Source: Dehalococcoidia bacterium
GTDB lineage: Bacteria > Chloroflexota > Dehalococcoidia > Bin125
Reading direction: 5' to 3'
NCBI GenBank assembly: GCA_963555985.3
Contig: OY820591.1
Coordinates: 2,880,001-2,944,000 of the forward strand
DNA length: 64,000 nucleotides
Shown: positions 43,653-53,580 of the stretch, in pieces
Numbering within the stretch: position 1 is the first letter of the stretch
How the letters are laid out: each line of letters opens with the position of its first letter
Position numbers and translations under genes: made by a program
Notes under the pieces: model-generated
Database searches by the model: none
What the model saw: only the letters and a program-made list of their open reading frames with translations
What the model was told of the DNA's origin: nothing

Positions 43653-45143
43653 GTGGTGACCATTGATCCCGTCCAGAACGGGAGCTTCTCCGGTCCGAAC
43701 GGATTCTCAGGCGGCGGCCAACGCAGCGTTCCCCAGGATCACGCGGCCGAGCAGTCGGTGTTGGGAGCGATTCTGGCTGAGCCGGGCGTGCTCGAGCGCG
43801 TCGGCGCACTGCTGCAACCAACCGACTTCTTCGATCCGCGTCATCGTCAGATGTACCAGGCCGCGCTCGAGCTCTGGGATCGCGGCGAGATCGTCGATCC
43901 GATCACGATGGCGGCCGAGTTGGCTCGGACCGATCGCCTCGATGATGTCGGGGGCTCGCCCTACATCACTCATCTCGTGACCGAATTGCCGGCGACCGTG
44001 GGCGCGGAGTACTACGCCAAACTCGTGCAGCGAGCGGCGACCTACCGCGACATGATTCGCGCCGGCGGCGAGATCAGCGAGCTCGGCTATCGCGCCGACG
44101 CCAATATCGACGCTTCGCTCACGGAGGCGTTGGAGAAGCTCTATTCCGTGCGCGGCGTCGAACAGCGCCGCGACTTTCGCCTGCTGCAAGATCTGCTCGA
44201 AGATGTGCTGACCGGCGGCGAAGAGCTTAACGGCGCCGTCAGTGAACCGGTGCGCAGCGGCTTCGGCGATCTCGATCGGCTGCTCAATCAGGGGATGCAC
44301 TCGTCCGACCTGGTGGTGCTGGCGGCGCGGCCGTCGGTGGGGAAATCGGCGCTCGCGCTGACGATCGCCCGCAATGCAGCCTTGGGACAAAACGTGCCCG
44401 TCGCGATCTACAGCCTGGAAATGTCCGCCGAGCAGGTGGCGGCAAGGTTGGTCTCGGCGGAGTCAGGGGTTGAGAACGCTCGCCTGCGGATTGGTCAGCA
44501 CACCGACGAGCAAGAGGCGCGGATCAGCCGCGCGATCGGCCAGCTGAGCCGGGCGAACATCTACATCGACGACACCGCCGGCCAGACGCTAGCCGAGATT
44601 CGCGCGAAGTCGCGAAATCTGCATTCGCGGCTACTCGAGCAAAGCGGTCGCTACGCGGACGAAGGAGCACCGCGGCGGGGCCTCGGCCTGATCATCGTCG
44701 ACCACATCCAGCTCGTACATGCCTGGAGCCGGATGCCGGTGGACACCAACCGGGTCGCCGAGATCAGCATGATCTCGCGCACGCTCAAGGAGCTCGCGCG
44801 CGAACTGCAAGTGCCGGTGCTGGCGATCTCGCAGCTCTCACGCGCAGTCGAGCGCCGTCATCCGCCGATCCCGCAGCTCTCCGACCTGCGTGAGAGCGGT
44901 TCGATCGAGCAGGATGCGGACGTGGTCGTGTTCATCTACCGCGAAGACATGTACGACCGCGACGAGTATCAGGACGATCTGGTCGCCGACGCGAGCCGCG
45001 GCGGTCGCAACGAGATCGCGCAACTGCTGGTGGCGAAGCATCGTCACGGCGCGGTGGGCCGGGTGGATGTGCGGTTCGTGCCTCAAATCGCGCGGTTTGA
45101 AGACTTCTATCAGCAGCCCGAACCGGGCGTCGACGAACTGTGA
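43653..45143 (+). CDS. dnaB: Replicative DNA helicase
   Basis: AEQSVLG, AARPSVGKS, SLEMS, SQLSR, DLRESGSIEQDAD. Confidence 0.97.
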   Translation: MVTIDPVQNGSFSGPNGFSGGGQRSVPQDHAAEQSVLGAILAEPGVLERVGALLQPTDFFDPRHRQMYQAALELWDRGEIVDPITMAAELARTDRLDDVGGSPYITHLVTELPATVGAEYYAKLVQRAATYRDMIRAGGEISELGYRADANIDASLTEALEKLYSVRGVEQRRDFRLLQDLLEDVLTGGEELNGAVSEPVRSGFGDLDRLLNQGMHSSDLVVLAARPSVGKSALALTIARNAALGQNVPVAIYSLEMSAEQVAARLVSAESGVENARLRIGQHTDEQEARISRAIGQLSRANIYIDDTAGQTLAEIRAKSRNLHSRLLEQSGRYADEGAPRRGLGLIIVDHIQLVHAWSRMPVDTNRVAEISMISRTLKELARELQVPVLAISQLSRAVERRHPPIPQLSDLRESGSIEQDADVVVFIYREDMYDRDEYQDDLVADASRGGRNEIAQLLVAKHRHGAVGRVDVRFVPQIARFEDFYQQPEPGVDEL

Positions 45144-45901
45144 GCGGAACTGTGAGCCGGGAACTAAATCACGGGCACGGTTCGGCGGCAGACCGCTTTG
45201 AAGGGTTTGCGCCGGGCGAGCGGGTGACGCCGATTCCGCAGTCGTTCTGGCTTGAGCTGTTGCCTCGCATGAACGATCCGGCCGAACTTGCGGTGACGCT
45301 CTACGCGCTCGACGGGCTCTCGCGGGTGCGCCGGTTTCCCCGCCGCCTAGCGTTGGCCGAACTGCGCAACGCGCGCCCTCTGATCGAGGCACTCGACTCG
45401 CTCTGTCCCGAGCGCGAGTTGGAGCAGGCCTTCAACGACGGCCTGAGCGCCGCGGTTGAGCGGGGCTCGCTGCTCTGTGAGCGCATTCAGTCCAACGCCC
45501 ACAGCCCGCAGGTGGGCTGGAGCGACTGGATCGCTCTGAACGACGTAGATGGTCGGCGGGCGATGGCGTTCGCGCCGTCGCTGCCGGCGGCTGCCGCGTC
45601 TCTGCAGCCGGCGCAGCCGCGCGGAGGCGGGATCGTGCAGCTTTGGCAGGACGCCTTCGGCACCGGCTTGACGCCGCTGCTGCGCGACGAGTTGCTGGAG
45701 GCGGAAGCTCGTTATCCCTACGACTGGCTGCGCGACGCCTTCACCGAAGCGGCGGCGCAGCATGTGCGTTCCTGGCGCTATGTGCAGCGCATTCTCGAAC
45801 GCTGGCAAGAGGAGGGCCGCGATGAAACGACTCGGACCGCTGGTGGAGGATCTGGGTCCCGAATGGACGAATCGCGCTACCGACACCTCATCCGAGAGTG
45901 A
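45140..45901 (+). CDS. DnaD domain protein
   Basis: C-terminal WLRDAFTEA...SWRYVQRILERW DnaD/DnaB_C motif. Confidence 0.85.
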   Translation: MSGTVSRELNHGHGSAADRFEGFAPGERVTPIPQSFWLELLPRMNDPAELAVTLYALDGLSRVRRFPRRLALAELRNARPLIEALDSLCPERELEQAFNDGLSAAVERGSLLCERIQSNAHSPQVGWSDWIALNDVDGRRAMAFAPSLPAAAASLQPAQPRGGGIVQLWQDAFGTGLTPLLRDELLEAEARYPYDWLRDAFTEAAAQHVRSWRYVQRILERWQEEGRDETTRTAGGGSGSRMDESRYRHLIRE

Positions 45902-47309
45902 CGCCGAGAGCGATTCGGCAGGCGAGCGGCGTCAACCCGCCTGGACTCCCGACGGTCTGCCCGCCTGCGAGCTCTGCGGCGGCGCGGGCTTCGTGCGCCT
46001 CTCGCGGCCGCTTGGACATCCCGACTTCGGTCGGGCTGAGCCGTGCCACTGCATCCGCGAAGCGGAGGGGGCGAGACTGTCCGAGCGTCTGCAACGGCTC
46101 AGTAATCTCGGTCCGTTGGAGGGCCTGCGTCTGCCGCCCGAAATGTTGCTGCGCAACCCGATTGTCGAGGCCTGCGCCTTTGCCGACGCGCCGGACACCG
46201 ATCAGGACGGCGACGAACTCGTTTCAGGTGAAACAGGTTCGCCGGTCTGGATGGCGATCCTGGGCGAGCCCGGCTCGGGGCGGACGCGGCTCGCCGCCGA
46301 ACTGGCGAACCGCCGGATCGCCGAGCAGCGGCCGGCACTCTACTTCGTCGCCGCCGACCTGCTTGACCGTCTGCGTGCGGCGATGGGGTCGGCAAGCGGT
46401 CACGAGCTCTCGTATGCGTTGCTCTTCGAGCATGTGCGCGATGCGCCGTTCCTGATCCTCGATGACCTCGATTGCGTTAGTCCGACGGATTGGGCGCGGG
46501 AGAAGCTGTTTCAGCTGCTCAATCACCGCCGCAACCGTCGTCTGCGCACGGTGCTGATTGCGGCGGAGACGACCGGGCAGCCGGTGATGCAGGCGTTGGG
46601 CTTGCAAGCGTTCTTTCGCGGCGGGCGCGATCTGCTGCGGATTGAGCTGGCGGCCACGGGGATCGATGACGGCGCTTATACCGAGTTCGGTGGGATTAGC
46701 CGCGAAGTGCTCGATCGGTTCACGTTCGACGGATTCCGCAGCGAGGGCGCGGCTGCGCCGGGCGAGGAGAGCAACCTCTCGCTGATCAAGAGTGTGGTGA
46801 TGGAGTGGGCCGCCTCGCCGCGTGGCTGGCTCACGCTCTGCGGCAACGCCGGGACGGGCAAGACGCATCTAGCGGCTGCGGCTGCGAATGTGCGGCTGAT
46901 GGCGGGCGATCGGGTCTGTTTCGCAGTCGTGCCTGATCTGCTCGATGCGCTGCGGGCGTCCTACCGCGAGGATGCGGACGCGGCCTTCGACGCGGTATTC
47001 GCTTCGCTCAAGCAGGCCGATCTGCTGGTGTTGGACGATCTAGGCGCGCAGGCGGCGACCGAATGGGCGCGGGAGAAGCTCTACCAGCTCTGCGCGACTC
47101 GCCATCTGCGCGGCGCACCGACGCTGGTGACGACCAATCTGATGCCGGACGACCTTGACCCGCGCTTGGCTTCGCGTCTGCTCGATCATCAAATTTCGAC
47201 GGTGTATCGGGTCAAAGCGCCGGATTATCGGACGGGTGGGGTGGCGGAAGCGGTTCAGAGCGGGGCGTCCGGCGGGCGTCGGCGGTCTGCCCGCCGGGGG
47301 CGTCGCTGA
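45822..47309 (+). CDS. DnaC/IstB-like helicase loader with Zn finger and two AAA+ modules
   Basis: CELC...PCHC; module 1 GEPGSGRT/LILDDL; module 2 GNAGTGKTHLA/LVLDDLG/TTNL. Confidence 0.88.
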   Translation: MKRLGPLVEDLGPEWTNRATDTSSESDAESDSAGERRQPAWTPDGLPACELCGGAGFVRLSRPLGHPDFGRAEPCHCIREAEGARLSERLQRLSNLGPLEGLRLPPEMLLRNPIVEACAFADAPDTDQDGDELVSGETGSPVWMAILGEPGSGRTRLAAELANRRIAEQRPALYFVAADLLDRLRAAMGSASGHELSYALLFEHVRDAPFLILDDLDCVSPTDWAREKLFQLLNHRRNRRLRTVLIAAETTGQPVMQALGLQAFFRGGRDLLRIELAATGIDDGAYTEFGGISREVLDRFTFDGFRSEGAAAPGEESNLSLIKSVVMEWAASPRGWLTLCGNAGTGKTHLAAAAANVRLMAGDRVCFAVVPDLLDALRASYREDADAAFDAVFASLKQADLLVLDDLGAQAATEWAREKLYQLCATRHLRGAPTLVTTNLMPDDLDPRLASRLLDHQISTVYRVKAPDYRTGGVAEAVQSGASGGRRRSARRGRR

Positions 47310-47316
47310 GGGGCCG

Positions 47317-47367
47317 GACCCCCCTCTGTCACTTCGTGACATCTCCCCCCGCAATGCGGGGGGAGAG
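47317..47367. repeat. REP double hairpin between convergent genes
   Basis: Same unit as 8148-8201. Confidence 0.85.
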
Positions 47368-47375
47368 ATGAGTGG

Positions 47376-48080
47376 TCATCCCGACGGCGGCTCGATCTCC
47401 GCAGCTGGGGTGAGGGAGCCTTCGATCCATTCTTCGCCGTCGGCCCAGACTTCTTTTTTCCAGATGGGGACGATGGCTTTGAGGCGGTCGATGCCGTAGT
47501 GACAGGCGTCGATGCCCTCGGCTCGGTGGGCGGAGGAAACGGCGACGGCGACGCTGGCTTCTCCGATTTGGAGGCGGCCGATGCGGTGGTGCATGGCGAT
47601 TTCGAGCACGTCCCAGCGGTCGCGGATTTCGTCGGCAATCTGGCGCATGACGCGGACGGCCATAGCGGGGTAGGCGTCGTATTCGAGGTAATCGACCTCG
47701 CGGCCGAGGTTGTTGTCGCGGACGACGCCGAGGAAGAGGGAGACGGCGCCCGCTTCCGGTCTGAGGACGAGATTGTGGAGGGCGGTAGGGTCGAGCACGT
47801 CGCGAGTGATTTGGAAGTAGGGCTCGTCGGCGCTGCCGCCGCTGACGGGGGGGATTAAGGCGACTTCGTCGTTGGCGCAGACGGGGTGGTCGGCGTGAAC
47901 GTATTCGGCGTTGACGGCGAACATGATCGAGTCTCGCATTCCATCGAGTTGGGGGAAGCGGGCGATGACGGCGTCGGCGACGGCGGCGGCGGTGAGCGGG
48001 TCGGGCAGGCCGTCGAGTTCGAGCCGGCGTGCGCCGCAGGTTTCGGCGAGCGAGGCGAAGAGTTGTACGGTGAGCCGCAT
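47376..48080 (-). CDS. MoaD-MoaE fusion (molybdopterin synthase)
   Basis: MRLTVQLFASL...AVNAEY...IPPVSGG, then F.GVVR, LEYDAY, HRIG, PIWKKE. Confidence 0.92.
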   Translation of the reverse strand: MRLTVQLFASLAETCGARRLELDGLPDPLTAAAVADAVIARFPQLDGMRDSIMFAVNAEYVHADHPVCANDEVALIPPVSGGSADEPYFQITRDVLDPTALHNLVLRPEAGAVSLFLGVVRDNNLGREVDYLEYDAYPAMAVRVMRQIADEIRDRWDVLEIAMHHRIGRLQIGEASVAVAVSSAHRAEGIDACHYGIDRLKAIVPIWKKEVWADGEEWIEGSLTPAAEIEPPSG

Positions 48081-48087
48081 GTCCTCA

Positions 48088-48789
48088 GTGTATCCGTCGA
48101 TCTTGCGAGCAGCAGGGCAGGCGCTGGATTGGGCGCTGCCGCCGCGCTGCGCCTGTTGCGGAGCGGCGGGCGGGCTGTTGTGCGGCGCTTGCAGCGATGA
48201 TTTGCCGCGCGCCGAGGGGCCGCGCTGCCGCCGCTGTTGGCTGCCCTCGACGACGGAGATTTGCTCACGTTGTTCGCCGCGTCCGGTGTTGCTGCGGGAG
48301 GTGCGATCGGCGTTCGTGTATGAGGGGCCGGCGCGGGCGATGGTGATTGGTCTGAAGCACGGGGGAGTGAGGGCGCTGGCGGAGACGCTGCTTGAGGTTG
48401 CGGGCGAGGTGACGCCGGCGGGGGATATTGACATGCTCTGTCCGATTCCGATGCCGTTTTTGCGGCGTCGGCAACGCGGGGGCAACCAGGCGGAATATCT
48501 GGCGCGGGCGGTCGCCAAGCGAACTGGACTAGCGCTCGAGCCAACGCTGCTGAGGCGTCGGGGTTGGCGAGCGCCGCGACAGGCGCAGGCGAAGTCGTAC
48601 TCGGAGCGGCGGGCGCTGGTTCGGGGCGCGTTTCGCGCTGATCCTGAACTCGTGGAGGGTCGGACGGTTCTGCTGATTGACGATGTGACGACTTCGCTGG
48701 CGACGTTGGAGGAGGCGGCGCGGACGCTGCGATTAGCGGGAGCGCGCGAGGTGGACGCCTGGACGGCGGCGCGGACGGAACTGCCATGA
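48088..48789 (+). CDS. ComF family phosphoribosyltransferase-like protein
   Basis: Double zinc ribbon, RGGNQAE, LLIDDVTTS; start uncertain. Confidence 0.85.
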   Translation: MYPSILRAAGQALDWALPPRCACCGAAGGLLCGACSDDLPRAEGPRCRRCWLPSTTEICSRCSPRPVLLREVRSAFVYEGPARAMVIGLKHGGVRALAETLLEVAGEVTPAGDIDMLCPIPMPFLRRRQRGGNQAEYLARAVAKRTGLALEPTLLRRRGWRAPRQAQAKSYSERRALVRGAFRADPELVEGRTVLLIDDVTTSLATLEEAARTLRLAGAREVDAWTAARTELP

Positions 48790-50081
48790 GCCGTCCAGCG
48801 CCGCGTGAGTCGCAGTTCTGGCTTTGCTATCGACCCTGGGGGGAGGGAGAGGCTGCGCCGGCGCAAGTGCGGATGGTGGATCAGGCGCGGGCGGCGACTG
48901 TGCGCGATACCGCTGTCCGGGCGCGGCAGGCGGGGTTTGAGCGGGTGCGCCTGTTTACGACGGTTCCCGCTCAGTTCGCGGATCTGACGGATGTCGAACG
49001 CGAGCAGACGCTTCCGAGTGAGACGGTCGGCGAGGTCGTTGCGAGGGCTGCTGCGGAGCTGCGTGAGGCCGTATCGGTCTGTTACGCGGGTTCGGGGATG
49101 CCGGCGATGCCGGTAGCGGAATGGGAAGCGGTGCGCTGGTGGTGGCGGGGGGGCTGGTCGGTGGCGAACAATGTGTATGCGTGCGATTGGGTGGCGGCTT
49201 GGGACGGGCGCGACTTTGTTGCGGTGGGAGAGGAAGACTCGGACAACACGTTTGCGCGTTTGTTGAACAGGCAGATGGGGCAGCAGGCGGAATCGGAACG
49301 GGCGCAGGCGGACGAAGCGGATCGGGTGCGCGGGGTGGAGCGGACGATTTGGTCGCGGCTTGATCTCGATACGCCGGCGGATCTGGCGATGCTGTCGCTG
49401 GGGCTTGAGACGGGGACGGTCAGCGTTGGCCCTGGTTTGAGCCGGCCGGAGATTGTTGGTCCGGGCTGGCGTCGTCCCGAGGGTCTGCGGCCCGAGTTGC
49501 GGCGTCCGGTGCGGCGTCCGTTGGAGATTGGCGCGGAGTTGGGGCAGGTGTTGAGCGACTGGCGCGAGCCGTTGCAGGTAGCGGCGGAACGGTTGCAGGC
49601 GGTGCTGGAGACGATCACGGATCGGCGTCGGCAACTGTCGGTGATCGGTCGGACCAGCGGGGAACAGATCCGGATTCTGGATCGCGACAGCGCTTGCCGG
49701 ATTGGGGCGCTGAAGGAGTGGGGTCTGGGTTCGCGGGAGAGCGGACGGGGCGAGCCGCGCGCGTTGATTGGACTGTTGTTGGAGTCGCTGGGGGCGGAAC
49801 GGGTGGTGGCCGAGTTGACGCGGGCGGGGGCGGCGGCGGTTTGGGATACGCGGCCGGTGATTCGGCGTGAGTGGCGGGTTTCGCGGGCGGATCGGTTTGC
49901 GGCCGATCTGGGTTGGTCGGGGCGGATTCGGGACTCGCGGGTGCGGGAGTTGGCTGAGGCGGTTGAGGCGGTTGAGGATGCGCGGGTTGCGTTGGGCGGG
50001 CACTGTTTGGTGAATGCGGGTTTGGAGTTGGGGTTGCAGACGGCATGGGAGCGGTGGGAGCAGGGTGGCGCTGGAGATTGA
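48786..50081 (+). CDS. Hypothetical protein, possible NDP-transferase (CofC/DUF2064-like) fold
   Basis: Overlaps the comF stop; RLDLDTPADL motif. Confidence 0.55.
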   Translation: MSRPAPRESQFWLCYRPWGEGEAAPAQVRMVDQARAATVRDTAVRARQAGFERVRLFTTVPAQFADLTDVEREQTLPSETVGEVVARAAAELREAVSVCYAGSGMPAMPVAEWEAVRWWWRGGWSVANNVYACDWVAAWDGRDFVAVGEEDSDNTFARLLNRQMGQQAESERAQADEADRVRGVERTIWSRLDLDTPADLAMLSLGLETGTVSVGPGLSRPEIVGPGWRRPEGLRPELRRPVRRPLEIGAELGQVLSDWREPLQVAAERLQAVLETITDRRRQLSVIGRTSGEQIRILDRDSACRIGALKEWGLGSRESGRGEPRALIGLLLESLGAERVVAELTRAGAAAVWDTRPVIRREWRVSRADRFAADLGWSGRIRDSRVRELAEAVEAVEDARVALGGHCLVNAGLELGLQTAWERWEQGGAGD

Positions 50082-50630
50082 GGCACGGTAGGGACTGGGC
50101 GGTCGCGGTTCGCGGCCTCGCGGGGGCTGTGAGAAAAAAACGAGGAGGGTCGCCGCTTGCGGTCGGGGGATTACTGCGGCTCTTCCTCTTCCTCGAGGCT
50201 GTCGTCGTCGTCCGGCAGGGGCACGTCTTCGCCGCGCATGAGGGCGACGGCGATGGCGTGCGGGTGCAGGTGGAGCTCCTTCTTCTGCTCAGGGGTGAGC
50301 GGAGCTTCGGGCAAGCGGGGGGAGTGGTTGGGTCGGGGTTTGGGGTTTGGCTCGGGATGGGGTGGGATGTCGAGGGCGTGGTGGATCTCTCGAGTCTTGG
50401 AGTTGGACGGGGAGAGTTCGCGGATGAGGAGGGCGAGCGCTTTGATGCGGACGTGGCCGGCTTCGTTGGAGTGGGCGAGTTGGCCGACGCCGGTCATGGA
50501 GGATTGGTAGGTGTAGTCGAAGGGCATGGCGGGGTGTTCCTTTCTTGGGGAATGCAGGACTCTTGAGCTTATCTGGATGGATGTTCGGGTTACAAGTTGG
50601 TTGGGCGTGTTGTGGTTGTCGGTTTGGGGG
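50081..50630 (-). repeat. Duplicated orphan cassette, copy 2
   Basis: Homologous to 580-1135. Confidence 0.9.
50171..50527 (-). CDS. Hypothetical 118-aa protein (paralog of 670-1038)
   Basis: YQSSMTGVGQLAHSNEAGHVRIKALALLIRELSPSN shared with copy 1; same RBS. Confidence 0.7.
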   Translation of the reverse strand: MPFDYTYQSSMTGVGQLAHSNEAGHVRIKALALLIRELSPSNSKTREIHHALDIPPHPEPNPKPRPNHSPRLPEAPLTPEQKKELHLHPHAIAVALMRGEDVPLPDDDDSLEEEEEPQ

Positions 50631-50631
50631 T

Positions 50632-51110
50632 TGGGTGCTGGTCACGGCGAGATACCCGCGACGGAGCGCGGGTATGACGGAAGTGGGCGCGGGGACAGGC
50701 TCTCAAGGGGGAGAGGTTTCTTGGGGGAGATTGGGGAAGTGGGTTTGGGGGTTTGGTAGTGCTCACGGCGAGATACCCGCGGCGGAGCGCGGGTATGACG
50801 GAAGTGGGGGCGGGGAGGGAGGTGCGGGGCGTCTATGCTGGGTGTGGCGTTTCGCCCCCTCTGCCCCTCTGGGGCATCTCCCTCCCCGCCTGCGCGGGGA
50901 CAGGCTCTCAAGGGGGAGAGGTTTCTTGGGGGAGATTGGGGAAGTGGGTTTGGGGGTTTGGTAGTGCTCACAGCGAGATACCCGCGGCGGGGCGCGGGTA
51001 TGACGGAAGTGGGGGCGGGGAGGGAGGTGTGGGGCGTATGTGCTGGATGTGGCGTTTCACCCCCTCTGTCACTTCGTGACATCTCCCCCCTGAGGGGGAG
51101 ATTTTTGGGA
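50632..51110. repeat. REP island with internal duplications
   Basis: Three GATACCCGCG..CGCGGGTATGACGG units. The segment GCGGGGACAGGCTCTCAAG...GGGAGGGAGGTG occurs twice. Confidence 0.9.
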
Positions 51111-51286
51111 GAGGATGGAGGAGTGGGGGTTTGGGAGTTTGTTGCGGGGGTTGCGTTGGTTTTGGGTGGGGTGGGCGTAGACTGGGGGTTGCCTTCTGTT
51201 CGCGCGCTGCTTGGGCGGCAGCGGCTTCGTTGCCTGGTTTTGCGGCTGGGTTGGGCGAAGTCTCCGGGTGCGAAGGGTTCGTTCGT

Positions 51287-52549
51287 ATGTCTTTGACGCT
51301 GGCCGGCGGTGCGCTGGCCGAGGCTGATTCCGCGATTGCCGGGTGGATTGAGCGTGAGGCCGTGCGTCAGCGCGACGGTTTGGAGCTGATCGCGTCGGAG
51401 AATTATCCGTCGGAGCCGGTGCTGGCGGCGATGGGTTCGATTCTGACGAACAAGTACGCGGAGGGGTATCCGGGCAAGCGCTACTACGGCGGGTGCGAGT
51501 TTGTGGACGAGGTGGAGACGCTGGCGATTGATCGGGCGAAGGCGTTGTTCGGGGCCGATCACGCGAATGTGCAGTCGCATTCGGGTTCGCAGGCGAACCT
51601 TGCGGCGTATTACGCGCTGCTGGAGCCGGGCGACACGGCGATGGGGTTGGAGTTGAATCACGGAGGGCACCTCTCGCATGGCCTGACGGTGAACATTTCG
51701 GGGCGGTGGTTTGAGTTTGTCGCGTATGGGGTGGATGCGGAGACGGAGCGGATCGACTACGACCAGATGGCGGCGGTGGCGCGTGAGCATCGGCCGAAGG
51801 TGATCGTGGTGGGGGCGACGGCGTATCCGCGCTTCTACGATTTCGCGCTGGCGGCCGAGATTGCGGAGTCGGTCGAGGCGACCTTGATGGTGGATATGGC
51901 GCATTTCGCGGGCTTGGTGGCGGGCGGGGTACATCCGTCGCCGGTGCCTCATGCGGCGGTGGTGACGACGACGACGCACAAGACGCTGCGCGGACCGCGC
52001 TCGGCGTTGATTTTGACGAAGCGGAGGATGCGGCGGCGGATTGATCGGGCGGTGTTTCCGGGCACGTCGGGCGGGCCGCACATGCACACGATTGCGGCGA
52101 AGGCGGTGGCTCTGCGGGAGGCGGCGACGCCGGAGTTTGCGGAGTATGCGGCGCAGATCGTGGCCAACGCCAAGGCGCTGGCGGAAGGGTTGCAGGCGGA
52201 AGGGTTCCGGCTGGTCTCGGGCGGGACGGATAATCACTTGATGCTGGTGGATGTGGGGGTGAAGGGTTTGACGGGGATCGCAGCGGAGCAGGCGTTGGAT
52301 CAGGCCGGGATCACGGTGAACAAGAACACGATTCCGTATGACAGTCAGAGTCCGACGGTGACCAGCGGGGTGCGGATCGGGACGCCGGCGCTGACGACGC
52401 GGGGGATGCGCGAGGGTGAGATGCGAGAGGTGGCGCGGCTGATCGGTCGGGCGTTGGAGCGGATCGACGATGCAGCCGCGCAGGAGCGGGTGCGGTCGGA
52501 AGTACGCGAGTTGGCGTCGGGTTTCCCGATTCCGGGGATTGCGACGTAG
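51287..52549 (+). CDS. glyA: Serine hydroxymethyltransferase
   Basis: [36 protein letters not shown]. Confidence 0.98.
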   Translation: MSLTLAGGALAEADSAIAGWIEREAVRQRDGLELIASENYPSEPVLAAMGSILTNKYAEGYPGKRYYGGCEFVDEVETLAIDRAKALFGADHANVQSHSGSQANLAAYYALLEPGDTAMGLELNHGGHLSHGLTVNISGRWFEFVAYGVDAETERIDYDQMAAVAREHRPKVIVVGATAYPRFYDFALAAEIAESVEATLMVDMAHFAGLVAGGVHPSPVPHAAVVTTTTHKTLRGPRSALILTKRRMRRRIDRAVFPGTSGGPHMHTIAAKAVALREAATPEFAEYAAQIVANAKALAEGLQAEGFRLVSGGTDNHLMLVDVGVKGLTGIAAEQALDQAGITVNKNTIPYDSQSPTVTSGVRIGTPALTTRGMREGEMREVARLIGRALERIDDAAAQERVRSEVRELASGFPIPGIAT

Positions 52550-52595
52550 AGCGAGAGAGATTCGCCGGCGACGGCGGGAGTATGAGGAGCGAGCG

Positions 52596-52889
52596 ATGGC
52601 CCAGGCATACGAGATGATGGTGGTGCTGCACCCGGAAGTGAGCGGTGAGGGCGTGGAGGCGCGGATGGCGCAGTTGCGCGGTTTGCTCACCGAACACGGG
52701 AACAATGTGAGCGACGTGATCGATTGGGGCCGGCGGCGTCTGGCGTATCCGATTCGGCAGTCGTTTGAGGGTCACTACCTGATCGCGCACTATGAGGCGG
52801 GCGCGGCGGCGCGGCGGTCGGAGTTGGAGCAGGCGCTGTTGATCGACGAGCAGGTGCTGCGGCATCTGATTGTGCGTCGAGATCGGTAG
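52596..52889 (+). CDS. rpsF: 30S ribosomal protein S6
   Basis: YEMMVVL.P, WGRRRLAYPI, VLRHLIV. Confidence 0.95.
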   Translation: MAQAYEMMVVLHPEVSGEGVEARMAQLRGLLTEHGNNVSDVIDWGRRRLAYPIRQSFEGHYLIAHYEAGAAARRSELEQALLIDEQVLRHLIVRRDR

Positions 52890-52927
52890 GCTTGGCCGTA
52901 AGAGGGGATCGCGCACGAGCCACTGTC

Positions 52928-53068
52928 CGGTCATTCCCAGAAAGCAAGGACGCAAATGGCGCAGCCGGTCGGTATGGATTCCCGCCTTCGCGGGAATGAC
53001 GCAAATGGGGATTTTGCACAGGCCTCCCTGCGCGGGAATGACGGAGATGGGAGTTTGGCAACGGTCTC
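52928..53068. repeat. REP units and MITE right ends inside rpsF-ssb operon
   Basis: GATTCCCGCCTTCGCGGGAATGAC; TTTTGCACAGGCCTC-CCTGCG; TTTGGCAACGGTCTC. Confidence 0.85.
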
Positions 53069-53095
53069 CGAGGGCGTTTGGAAGGACGGCGGGCA

Positions 53096-53527
53096 ATGGC
53101 GAGCCTGAACAAAGTCATGATCATCGGCAATCTTGGGGGCGATCCTGAGATGCGCTTCACAGCGAGCGGTCAGGCTGTGGCGAATTTCAATGTGGCCTGC
53201 AATCGCCGCTATACGACTCGTGACGGCGACCAGCGCGATGAAACCGAGTGGGTGCGGGTCGTCTGCTGGGCGCGACTGGCAGAGATTGCCGGCCAGTACT
53301 TGAGCAAGGGCCGCCAAGTCTATGTTGAGGGGCGATTGCAGACACGCCAGTGGGAAGATCGGGACGGGAACACCCGCTATACGACTGAAGTGGTCGCGCG
53401 TGAGATGCAGATGCTGGGCAGTCGCGGCGGCGGGGGCGGGGACTTTGGGGGCGACGATTTCGGGGGCGGACAACAATACGGCGGTGGCGGCGGCTATCAG
53501 GACGCCGGCGATTTGCCGTTTGAGTAG
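53096..53527 (+). CDS. ssb: Single-stranded DNA-binding protein
   Basis: [26 protein letters not shown]-terminal DLPF. Confidence 0.97.
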   Translation: MASLNKVMIIGNLGGDPEMRFTASGQAVANFNVACNRRYTTRDGDQRDETEWVRVVCWARLAEIAGQYLSKGRQVYVEGRLQTRQWEDRDGNTRYTTEVVAREMQMLGSRGGGGGDFGGDDFGGGQQYGGGGGYQDAGDLPFE

Positions 53528-53580
53528 AGACAGCCAGCAGCGAGCAAGAGGCCGCGCGAAGCGGCCGGGAGAGTGATGCG

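Noticed and set aside
45822-47309. IstB helper of an IS21 element
   Set aside because: No IstA transposase or terminal repeats; it is coupled to dnaB/dnaD.
47376-50003. 875-aa minus-strand ORF
   Set aside because: Only the last 234 aa (MoaD-MoaE) are real. The rest is an antisense shadow of comF and the next gene.
50632-51110. Repeat islands as a CRISPR array
   Set aside because: Units occur in both orientations, spacing is irregular, the spacers themselves repeat, and there are no cas genes.
51180-51286. ZTP or THF riboswitch before glyA
   Set aside because: I could not find the consensus elements in this G/T-rich segment.
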